A stretch of 64,000 nucleotides of DNA from Candidatus Latescibacterota bacterium (GTDB lineage: Bacteria > Latescibacterota > UBA2968 > UBA8231): assembly GCA_965208105.1 (NCBI GenBank), contig OZ242318.1:3680001-3744000 (forward strand). Direction: 5' to 3'. The stretch's first letter is position 1; each line of letters opens with the position of its first letter. Below the pieces are notes generated by a model, which worked only from the letters and a program-made list of their open reading frames with translations, ran no database searches and was not told the origin of the DNA. Below, piece after piece: positions 37,721 through 48,238 of this stretch. The position numbers were made by a program, and so were the translations under genes.

Positions 37721-39431
37721 CTCCGACGATCGGGCGGCGCTGGTGGCGTTCTACGAGGCGACCGGCGGGGCTGACTGGGCCGATAGCCGCGGCTGGCTCA
37801 GCACCGCGCCCTTGGGCCAATGGCACGGCGTCGACACGGACACCGACGGCCGCGTTACTCATCTGATCCTCCGTGGTAACCAGTTGAGTGGAGCGATCCC
37901 GGTGGAGTTGGGCCAACTGACCAACTTGCAAGGGCTGAATCTCTCTGGTAACCAGTTGAGTGGAGCGATCCCGGTGGAGTTGGGTCAACTGACCAACTTG
38001 CAGTGGCTGTACCTCGAGGGTAACCAGTTGAGTGGAGCGATCCCGGTGGAGTTGGGTCAACTGACCAACTTGCAGTGGCTGTTCCTCGAGGGTAACCAGT
38101 TGAGTGGAGCGATCCCGGTGGAGTTGGGCCAACTGACCAACTTGCAAGGGCTGAATCTCTCTGGTAACCAGTTGAGTGGAGCGATCCCGGTGGAGTTGGG
38201 TCAACTGACCAACTTGCAGAGGCTGTACCTTGATGGTAACCAGTTGAGTGGAGCGATCCCGGTGGAGTTGGGTCAACTGACCAACTTGCAGGGGCTGTGG
38301 CTCTCTGGTAACCAGTTGAGTGGAGCGATCCCGGTGGAGTTGGGTCAACTGACCAACTTGCAACAGCTGTTTCTCTCTGGTAACCAGTTGAGTGGGTGCA
38401 TACCCGAGGGTTTGCGAGCGGTAGAGGACCATGACCTGGACCAGCTTGGGCTATCGCTGTGCACCACCACGCCCTCCCCTGATCGGGCGGCGCTGGTGGC
38501 GCTCTACGAGGCGGCCGGCGGCGCTGACTGGGCTGATAACGGCGGCTGGCTCAGCGACGCGCCCCTCGGCCAATGGCACGGCGTCGGCACGAACACCGCC
38601 GGTCGCGTTACTCATCTGCGCCTCTCTGGTAACCAGTTGAGTGGAGCGATACCGGTGGAGTTGGGTCAACTAACCAACTTGCAACAGCTATTCCTCTATG
38701 GTAACCAGTTGAGTGGAGAGATCCCGGTGGAGTTGGGTCAACTGACCAACTTGGAATGGCTGTATCTCTCTGGTAACCAGTTGAGTGGAGAGATCCCGGT
38801 GGAGTTGGGTCAACTGACCAACTTGCAGGGGCTGAATCTCTCTGGTAACCAGTTGAGTGGAGAGATCCCGGTGGAGTTGGGTCAACTGACCAACTTGCAA
38901 CAGCTGTTCCTCTCTGGTAACCAGTTGAGTGGAGCGATCCCGGTGGAGTTGGGTCAACTGACCAACTTGCAGGGGCTGAATCTCTCTGGTAACCAGTTGA
39001 GTGGAGAGATCCCGGTGGAGTTGGGTCAACTGACCAACTTGCAACAGCTGTTCCTCTCTGGTAACCAGTTGAGTGGGTGCATACCCGAGGGTTTGCGAGC
39101 GGTAGAGGACCATGACCTGGACCAGCTTGGGCTATCGCCGTGCACCGCCATTGATCCACCGCCGCCGACGGGCGACGCCTGTTTCGTCGGGCAGGAGTTG
39201 AGTCCTGGGCAGAGTTGCACCGTCGATATTCCCAATCTCCACGTCGGCAGCAATCGGTTCGAGGTACGCTCCGGTGGGTCTGGATGTTACGGCAGTATCT
39301 GCGCGGGCACGAGTATGGATCTCAATGGGTTTCAAGCCAGCAAAATTGCGGGCACGTCACGGTGGCTCATCGAAGCACTGCCCAGTACCGCCGGCCAGGC
39401 GAGTGCGAAGGTCTCCGCGGCAGGCTCCTGA
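36393..39431 (+). CDS. Secreted modular protein: FlgD-Ig, dockerin, PPC, two capped plant-type LRR arrays, Cys-rich C-terminal module
   Basis: Signal peptide; NYPNPFNP; GDVNNDG/GDVNADG; LxxLxLxGNQLSG.IP.ELGQLTN repeats; DRAALVA.Y...W...W.GV N-caps; GCIP C-caps. Confidence 0.9.
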   Translation: MMKRIIGVLMVLCLAPGMQAGAEPLVEGRVRLASGEPAVGASVRLFDLADLRKWVGATTDEAGYFALPLRALPGAAALPERFALGPNYPNPFNPSTLIPYQLPLATHVRLEVFNVLGQRVATVVDGEQSAGFHTARWDATDAAGRAAAAGVYLYRLQAGGESITRRMVLIDGQAGLPRASSGGWAPAEAGPPETGIPVYGLTVSGEGLVPYVDPGFGLEAGRGPVDLVVEARADGPPAKVATEGTGGILGDVNNDGQVTMADALVVVIHHLDATLAAPNNGDISLGDVNADGRIDLTDALLIMTYSVNPNDPTLPEGIGGPVAEESPAPDGDLRYPEATPVAANSQTAGMLAGGETDYYRVTLSGPGTLVAYTTGGTDTYGYLEDNAGTVRDQNDDAVRGNRNFRVSAVVTAGTYYVRVRGFVASITGAYTLHVEFEPGETVASDDRAALVAFYEATGGADWADSRGWLSTAPLGQWHGVDTDTDGRVTHLILRGNQLSGAIPVELGQLTNLQGLNLSGNQLSGAIPVELGQLTNLQWLYLEGNQLSGAIPVELGQLTNLQWLFLEGNQLSGAIPVELGQLTNLQGLNLSGNQLSGAIPVELGQLTNLQRLYLDGNQLSGAIPVELGQLTNLQGLWLSGNQLSGAIPVELGQLTNLQQLFLSGNQLSGCIPEGLRAVEDHDLDQLGLSLCTTTPSPDRAALVALYEAAGGADWADNGGWLSDAPLGQWHGVGTNTAGRVTHLRLSGNQLSGAIPVELGQLTNLQQLFLYGNQLSGEIPVELGQLTNLEWLYLSGNQLSGEIPVELGQLTNLQGLNLSGNQLSGEIPVELGQLTNLQQLFLSGNQLSGAIPVELGQLTNLQGLNLSGNQLSGEIPVELGQLTNLQQLFLSGNQLSGCIPEGLRAVEDHDLDQLGLSPCTAIDPPPPTGDACFVGQELSPGQSCTVDIPNLHVGSNRFEVRSGGSGCYGSICAGTSMDLNGFQASKIAGTSRWLIEALPSTAGQASAKVSAAGS
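37875..38378 (+). repeat. Seven tandem 72-bp LRR units
   Basis: GGTAACCAGTTGAGTGGAGCGATCCCGGTGGAGTTGGG... recurring at exact 72-bp period. Confidence 0.95.
38628..39059 (+). repeat. Six tandem 72-bp LRR units
   Basis: Same unit at exact 72-bp period. Confidence 0.95.
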
Positions 39432-39471
39432 CGGCCGCTGGCTGCGGCGGCTGGCACCGCAGTCGGAGTAG

Positions 39472-39627
39472 TTGTACGGCGTCGGCACGAACACCGACGG
39501 TCGCGTTGACTATTTGAACCTCTCTGGTAACCAGTTGAGTGGGTGCATACCCGAGGGTTTGCGAGCGGTAGAAGACCATGACCTGGACCAGCTTGGGCTA
39601 TCGCCGTGCACCACCACGACCCCGTAG
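39472..39627 (+). pseudogene. Orphan LRR module with N-cap fused directly to C-cap (no internal repeats)
   Basis: Translates LYGVGTNTDGRVDYLNLSGNQLSGCIPEGLRAVEDHDLDQLGLSPCTTTTP*; near-identical DNA to the caps in the upstream gene; flanked by stops. Confidence 0.85.
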
Positions 39628-40086
39628 GGAACGGCACCGACCGTATGATCTTGTAGTTGCCATGAGGAACGGCTGTTGTGGCTGGTTGAAGAGTCGCCGC
39701 CGACCCGGCGGGCCAAGGGTCGGCGCGCCGCCTTGACCGGGTCCCCGAGGCCCCTTCGAGGTAGTCGACGTAGAACCCCCATGTCCCTATCCATGGCCCC
39801 CAAAGAGCCATCCTGCGCCTGGGATATCACCTCAAGCACACAACAGGGGCCGGGATAATGGGGAGAGTTGCGCCCTCACCTGGTTCGAGCTCCCTACCAC
39901 CGATCCGCAGACGCCCAGGGAGAGGTACACCCTGGGGTTGCTCCGTCGGGGATTGCTTTCACCCACACCCTTCGGAAAATAGGAAGGGGCTTCGTGCTGC
40001 CATCACTTTGCAGAAATCTCAGGACTGGCCCCGGTCAGTACAGTGCCATGACGAATCAAGGCTGACCCCATATATAAGGAGTAAGC

Positions 40087-43000
40087 ATGATGAGGCGAAT
40101 AATCGGCGTTCTCATGGTTCTGTGCTTGGTATCCGGGATGCAGGCAGGGGCCGAGCCCCTGGTGGAGGGCCGGGTGCGGCTGGCCTCGGGCGAGCCGGCC
40201 GTCGGCGCCTCTGTGCGGCTCTTCGATTTGGCCGATTTGCGTAAATGGGTCGGCGCCACCACCGATGAGGCGGGCTATTTCGCCCTGCCGTTGCGGGCCT
40301 TGCCGGGGGCGGCGGCCCTGCCGGAGCGCTTCGCGCTGGGGCCGAACTATCCCAATCCGTTCAACCCTTCCACCCTGATTCCCTACCAACTGCCGGTGGC
40401 GACCCACGTGCGGCTGGAGGTATTCAACGTCTTGGGGCAGCGGGTGGCGACGGTGGTGGACGGGGAGCAGTCGGCGGGTTTTCACACGGCGCGTTGGGAC
40501 GCCACCGATGCGGCGGGGCGGGCGGCGGCGGCCGGGGTCTATCTCTACCGGCTGCAAGCCGGCGGGGAGAGCATAACCCGGCGCATGGTGTTGATTGACG
40601 GGCAGGCCGGCCTGCCAAGGGCGTCGTCGGGCGGCTGGGCGCCGGCGGAGGCAGGCCCCCCGGAGACGGGCATCCCGGTCTATGGCTTGACCGTCTCCGG
40701 TGAAGGGCTGGTCCCCTACGTGGACCCGGGCTTCGGCCTGGAGGCTGGCAGGGGGCCGGTGGACCTGGTGGTCGAGGCCCGGGCTGACGGCCCGCCGGCG
40801 AAGGTGGCCACCGAGGGGACGGGCGGGATCCTGGGCGACGTCAACAACGACGGCCAGGTCACCATGGCCGACGCGCTGGTGGTGGTGATCCACCATCTCG
40901 ATGCAACGCTTGCCGCCCCCAACAACGGCGATATTTCGCTGGGCGACGTCAACGCAGACGGCCGCATCGATCTGACCGACGCGCTGCTCATCATGACCTA
41001 CAGCGTCAATCCGAACGATCCGACCTTGCCGGAGGGGATCGGGGGTCCGGTCGCGGAGGAGAGCCCTGCTCCGGATGGTGATTTGCGCTACCCGGAGGCG
41101 ACGCCGGTCGCTGCCAACAGTCAGACGGCGGGTATGCTGGCGGGTGGGGAGACCGACTATTATCGCGTCACCCTCAGCGGCCCCGGCACCCTGGTGGCCT
41201 ACACCACCGGCGGCACGGATACCTACGGGTACCTGGAGGATAACGCCGGCACGGTGCGGGACCAAAACGACGATGCGGTCAGGGGCAACCGCAACTTCCG
41301 CGTATCGGCGGTCGTTACGGCCGGCACCTACTACGTCCGGGTCCGCGGTTTTGTTGCGTCCATCACCGGCGCCTATACCCTGCACGTAGAGTTCGAGCCG
41401 GGGGAAACGGTCGCTTCGCTGTCGCCCGACCCTTCGACGGCGACGTTTACCGACGACGGGGCCTGGCACCGGTTCACGGTGCAGGCCGGCGAGGCGGTGT
41501 CGGTGGTGGCCAACCCGGAGGGGACCACCCCGCGCCTGAAGATCACCACCCGCAGCGTCGGGAGCAACTTCTGCCCGGCTGAAGCCGAAGACGACGTCTC
41601 GCGCCGGGACGGCCAGGCCGTCTACCTAGCCGGGTGCGCCACCGGCACGGCCACGGTAGAGCTGCAGCGGCGATCCGACGGCACGGTCCTGAACACCTAC
41701 ACCTTCGAGGTGACCGGCAGCCCGGCGGACCTCATTGTGGAGTCGGTCTCGGTCAGCGACAACACCCTGACGCCGGGGCAATCCTTCACGCTGAGCGCTA
41801 CCGTGCGCAACCAGGGCACGGGCCGGTCGGCGGCGACCACGCTGCGCTGGTACCTCTCGTCAGACACGAGAATCACCACGCAGGATACGGAAGTAGGCAC
41901 CGACCCAGTGACCGCCTTGGGGGGTTCCCGTACCAGTGCCAAGTCGATCCGCCTGACCGCGCCGTCGAGCGAAGGCACCTGGTACTACGGAGCCTGCGTG
42001 GTCAGCGTCACGGGCGAAAGCGTCGGGAACAACTGCTCCCTTGGTGTAAGGGTGATCGTCAAGGAGTACGACAGGGAGGAGATTCTCGTCTTTACTGACC
42101 CACAGATATACAACGACAACGTGTTTGTCTTGCCCGTTACAGAGAACCTCGCCGCCGGCAGTTTGCCACTGAAGGACTACGCGGCGCGTTTCTACGAGAA
42201 CTTCGACGATGCCTTCGATTTCCTGATAATCGTCACCAATTTGCCCGAAGCAGAGAGACCAGTCAGCTATATCGGCAGATATTTGCATGTGAAGAACGAT
42301 GTACAAGGGATTGGTCTATCGATTTTTTCTGACAATAGTAATTGGGGGTCGGCGGGAAAACTCCAAGGTGTGATCGATTTTCCGATCTATTCGACATATT
42401 ACAAGCTCGGACGCTCGGTCTTGTTCGAGGGGCCGACCTTGCACGAACTGATGCATCGGTGGGCAAACTTCATCGTGCCACCATACGAAGCGGCTATTGG
42501 CGCTCATTGGGGATTCACCAGCGTCAACGGTATACTTGGCGGGTTTGATATCGCCAATCTGGTGGACCATGGCGGCGGCCAGTACACCGCCGGAGACATT
42601 GGTGTCAACTTTAATACTGTTGGATGGGGCAACACACGACCATACAGCCCTATCGAGTTGTACTTGGCAGGTCTCATACCCCCAGAGGAGGTCCCTGACT
42701 TCTTGGTTGCAGAGGAGGGACAGTGGCTGCGCGGCGCGGACGGTCTAATCATAGAGGCCGGCAATGGGGAGCCGATATTTACCGCAAGTCGGCTCAAGAC
42801 CTATACGATAGAGGACATCATCGCCGAGCATGGACGACGCGATCCCGACCATTCGCAAGCGCAGAAGGATTTTCGCGCGGCAGTCATTCTGCTGATCGAT
42901 AAGGACCACTTGCCGACCCGAGGTATCCTAGAGACGCTGAGCGACGATATATCCTGGTTCAGTCATGTGGGCAATGTTGGAATCCGCTGGAACGATCGCT

Positions 43001-43155
43001 ATCAAGCATACAATTTCTACGAAGCAACCGGTGGCAGAGGCACAATCACCATGGACGAGCTGTCACATTTCCAACGCCGCGGGGGGAGTGCAAAAAGGCT
43101 TGCGCCGAGTTCGTTCGGAACGCCCCCACCGCCCATCGTGGATCATTGGGATTGA
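40087..43155 (+). CDS. Secreted modular protein: FlgD-Ig, dockerin, PPC, CARDB-like, HExxH Zn-metalloprotease
   Basis: Same N-terminal ~443 aa as the 36393 gene; ADLIV...LSATVRNQG CARDB-like; LHELMHRW...AHWG. Confidence 0.88.
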   Translation: MMRRIIGVLMVLCLVSGMQAGAEPLVEGRVRLASGEPAVGASVRLFDLADLRKWVGATTDEAGYFALPLRALPGAAALPERFALGPNYPNPFNPSTLIPYQLPVATHVRLEVFNVLGQRVATVVDGEQSAGFHTARWDATDAAGRAAAAGVYLYRLQAGGESITRRMVLIDGQAGLPRASSGGWAPAEAGPPETGIPVYGLTVSGEGLVPYVDPGFGLEAGRGPVDLVVEARADGPPAKVATEGTGGILGDVNNDGQVTMADALVVVIHHLDATLAAPNNGDISLGDVNADGRIDLTDALLIMTYSVNPNDPTLPEGIGGPVAEESPAPDGDLRYPEATPVAANSQTAGMLAGGETDYYRVTLSGPGTLVAYTTGGTDTYGYLEDNAGTVRDQNDDAVRGNRNFRVSAVVTAGTYYVRVRGFVASITGAYTLHVEFEPGETVASLSPDPSTATFTDDGAWHRFTVQAGEAVSVVANPEGTTPRLKITTRSVGSNFCPAEAEDDVSRRDGQAVYLAGCATGTATVELQRRSDGTVLNTYTFEVTGSPADLIVESVSVSDNTLTPGQSFTLSATVRNQGTGRSAATTLRWYLSSDTRITTQDTEVGTDPVTALGGSRTSAKSIRLTAPSSEGTWYYGACVVSVTGESVGNNCSLGVRVIVKEYDREEILVFTDPQIYNDNVFVLPVTENLAAGSLPLKDYAARFYENFDDAFDFLIIVTNLPEAERPVSYIGRYLHVKNDVQGIGLSIFSDNSNWGSAGKLQGVIDFPIYSTYYKLGRSVLFEGPTLHELMHRWANFIVPPYEAAIGAHWGFTSVNGILGGFDIANLVDHGGGQYTAGDIGVNFNTVGWGNTRPYSPIELYLAGLIPPEEVPDFLVAEEGQWLRGADGLIIEAGNGEPIFTASRLKTYTIEDIIAEHGRRDPDHSQAQKDFRAAVILLIDKDHLPTRGILETLSDDISWFSHVGNVGIRWNDRYQAYNFYEATGGRGTITMDELSHFQRRGGSAKRLAPSSFGTPPPPIVDHWD

Positions 43156-43384
43156 CCGCGAGAATCTGGACGGAAGGCTGAGGGGGTATTGTGACTGAAT
43201 TGGCTAATAATCATGGCCGTTGGAGGATCAGGCTGAGCAGCTACGATCAGAAACAGTAGGGGTCTTTGTGTACCGGCTGGTGACGAGCGAAGCCGTGCAG
43301 ACACGCGAGCTTACCGTGCTGCGGTAGTGCGGCTCCCATGAGGACGCCGGAACAAGGAGAAAGCCCCACCCACGTCCGCAGACG

Positions 43385-43790
43385 CGAACATGTAGCCCGG
43401 CGCTGGATGTCGGTGATTACGGAAGACCTGCCGGACTATGAATTCACTCAGGGCTGGTCGGGTACGTGCAACGGTCAGTCGTTTGAAAATCTCCGCCGGG
43501 GAGTGGATGGACGACCTGCGGATCTATTCGGGTCGCACTGGAGGACTCCCGTACTCGATGGGGAAGTCATGTTGTCGTACGGGGGAGGGGGGCGCGCTGA
43601 GCTCGATCACGGTTCAGTCCCTGGCCGACCTGGGCTACGGCGTCGATGGCTCTCAAGCTGACCCATATACCCTACCCGGTGCCGGAGCTTTTGTGCGGAG
43701 CCGGTCTCCAGCGGGGGCCGATTCACGTGGTCGACCCGCAGGGGCGCATCGTCCGTACCCTGGGCGACTGAAAGGTATGGCAGGGCGCCA
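43385..43790 (+). pseudogene. Degenerate leishmanolysin-like (M8) cassette with frameshifts and deletion of the HExxH core
   Basis: Fragments ARRWMSVITEDLPD, DDLRIY, SHWR.PVL.GEVM and LSSITVQSLADLGY.VD..QADPY.LP lie in shifting frames and parallel the 31660 protein's WERII..DDLLVF..HWRE..EVM..LSNITLQSL.DLGY.VD..ADPY. Confidence 0.7.
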
Positions 43791-44458
43791 ATGAATTCGC
43801 GGAATAGGAGGTCAGCCGCGCCTTAGTGATTCTGCCTGAGCCAGTCCAGCAGGCGGCCCAATTGTCCCACCAAGTAAAGCGGCAGCGAGAGCAAGGTCAT
43901 TTCCACGCTCTGTCGCGTCCCGCTCACCTGGTGCTGGATGGAGTTGCTGGGTGAGCAAACGGGTTGTAAAGAATGCCAAGGAAGCTATGTAGCGGTATTC
44001 GCAGCCCTGGCCGAACGCGATCCAAATGTAGGCGTTCCCTCGGTCGGGGAAGCCCAAGATGAGATCCTGACTGAATTCGATCTTCGCGACCTCACACGTG
44101 GTCTCCAAACGAATTCGAGGATGGGCGTCAGGCGCGTCAGCTCATCGCGGAATGGTTTCGGTATTACAACAAAGATCGGCCTCTTTCCAGCCTGGCGGGG
44201 AACCGGACGCCGATGGAGGCCTGCACAGGTCGCCAAGGGGCATGAACGCGGGAGAAACGAGGTGAAACCTTGGCCAAGGCCGGGTGGTCTATCCCCTCAA
44301 CCAGCAAAATGACCATCCTGCCAAGTCGGAAAGGAGACCTCAGAGAAATCCAGAAAAAGCAGGACAGGGCAGCAAATCAACCAAAATGAATCCACCTGGA
44401 TCATGCTGCCAAGCTGTCCAAAGAACGGGGGTCCGCCTCAAAAAGTGGGTCAAGGCTG

Positions 44459-44944
44459 TTATTTTTTCGGGCGGACATACCAGCCAAGGCACCGTTCGAT
44501 TTGAGGATCATACACAACCCCGTATTCCATTTGCTGCCATTCTCCCAATCCATTTTGGAACTTGATCTTATTGCCATAATATTTCAATTTGCCCAATCTC
44601 TTGTCTCCCCACACGAACTTTGGAAACCTGGATTCGTACCAGGCGTCAGTCCATTTGTGGTCGTAATCGGCATAGGATTCTACTATATCGCTGCACTGAA
44701 CATTTACGGCCCTTGAGTGCTTATCTCCCCAGCATTGCAGGTCCTGGCGGCAATTCTGATCCTCAGTCCTTGCTTTCTCCGCCTCTGTTAAATTGGGCTC
44801 AATGGCCTGGAAGTTTTTTAGAGTAGGTCGAACCTTCGAAGCACGTGGTGGGGGCTCTTCGTTGTCTCCTACCATTATTTCGATAGTGCACATTCCCATT
44901 AAAAGGCAGAGCACGGCTCCTACGACCATTAAAAATCCGCCCAT
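44459..44944 (-). CDS. Hypothetical membrane-anchored protein, lower GC
   Basis: Strong RBS AGGAGG, N-terminal hydrophobic segment, 161-aa ORF. Confidence 0.6.
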   Translation of the reverse strand: MGGFLMVVGAVLCLLMGMCTIEIMVGDNEEPPPRASKVRPTLKNFQAIEPNLTEAEKARTEDQNCRQDLQCWGDKHSRAVNVQCSDIVESYADYDHKWTDAWYESRFPKFVWGDKRLGKLKYYGNKIKFQNGLGEWQQMEYGVVYDPQIERCLGWYVRPKK

Positions 44945-44993
44945 ATTGATTTCCTCCTATTTGGTGTCTCCCTTTGTCGAAATTGGCGATCAC

Positions 44994-45526
44994 CTAGTCG
45001 TGCGCAATCAGATGGCGCCCCTCGGCATGGTCGCAGAACCAACCCGCCTCCTCGATCATCTCCCCGCTATGGCTGACCAGGGTGTTGTCGATGGCGATCA
45101 CCCCCTGCGCTGAATAGCGCCTCGAGGAATGACCCTGCAACCAGGCCAAACGATGTTCGTTGAGTTGTTCCACATCCCACGGCACCTGAGTAATCCAGAG
45201 GTTCAGGCAGGATGGATCCGTGGTCTGGGCAAACTCGGCGTTGATCGCCGAAACGTTCTTGCGCTCGGCTACCATCAGCCCGGTCAGATATTCGGCAAAG
45301 TGCCAGCGCTCCGGGGTGTCGGCGAACATCCAGCCGAACTCGTCCACGGCTTGCTCGGCGATCGTAGGAAAGGCAATAATACCTGGCGTGAACCCCTCTT
45401 ACAGCGTCAGGGGACGGGCAAGGCGGGGGAGGCCCTGCCTGGCAAATATACTCATGCGGGCGGTATTTCTGCTACCGAAAATCTGGACTCATCGGCAGAA
45501 AAAACTCATTTTGCAAAAGTCCAAAG
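44994..45526 (-). mobile_element. Truncated IS701-like DDE transposase remnant
   Basis: HFAEYLTGL...RKNV...W...GVIAIDNT is typical of IS701-family N-termini; apparent start degraded (ACG-CCA-GGT) and frame truncated; left end approximate. Confidence 0.65.
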
Positions 45527-45542
45527 GGAAGGGCGGCGCCGG

Positions 45543-45571
45543 TTGACAGGTAATTTCACATTCCATAGGTT
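45543..45571 (+). promoter_or_regulatory. Sigma70-type promoter upstream of clpC
   Basis: TTGACA-N17-TAGGTT. Confidence 0.55.
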
Positions 45572-45661
45572 CAAAATCCGGAGGGACTGCTTGGTCTCTC
45601 CGGGTCGGTTTTCAACTCACGGGTCCTGCGTTCGGGGGCGGCTCTCAGGAGGAATTTCCGG

Positions 45662-48133
<2,472 letters not shown>

Positions 48134-48238
48134 GCGTCTGCTTCAGAGACGTGGTGATGGCAACGGAGTGGGGAACGGCAGCCGCTTCATCGTGCAGATG
48201 AGGCGGCTGTTTGAGTGATCTGAAACAAGAGGTGCCCT

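Larger units (their letters stand above)
31556..45540. mobile_element. Accessory island separating mcsB from clpC
   Basis: Breaks the conserved mcsA-mcsB-clpC order; lower-GC stretches, paralogous secreted genes, pseudogenes and an IS remnant; no integrase seen. Confidence 0.65.

Noticed and set aside
37875-39059. CRISPR-like pattern (constant repeat plus variable spacer)
   Set aside because: The 72-bp period is in frame and encodes LRRs, the variable parts are only about 18 nt and homologous to each other, and no cas genes are present.
39630-39860. Possible gene remnant on the minus strand (..FYVDYLEG.., ..HGNYKIIRSVP..)
   Set aside because: Looks protein-like but cannot be assigned or delimited without a database search.
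39860-39899. tRNA-like fragment (GGGAG...GGTTCGAGCTCCCTACCA)
   Set aside because: Only about 40 nt, no D or anticodon arms, and the T-stem does not pair properly.
36393-43155. Diversity-generating retroelement explaining the repeats
   Set aside because: No reverse transcriptase in the window; scaffold adenines are conserved and the differences are not adenine-specific.
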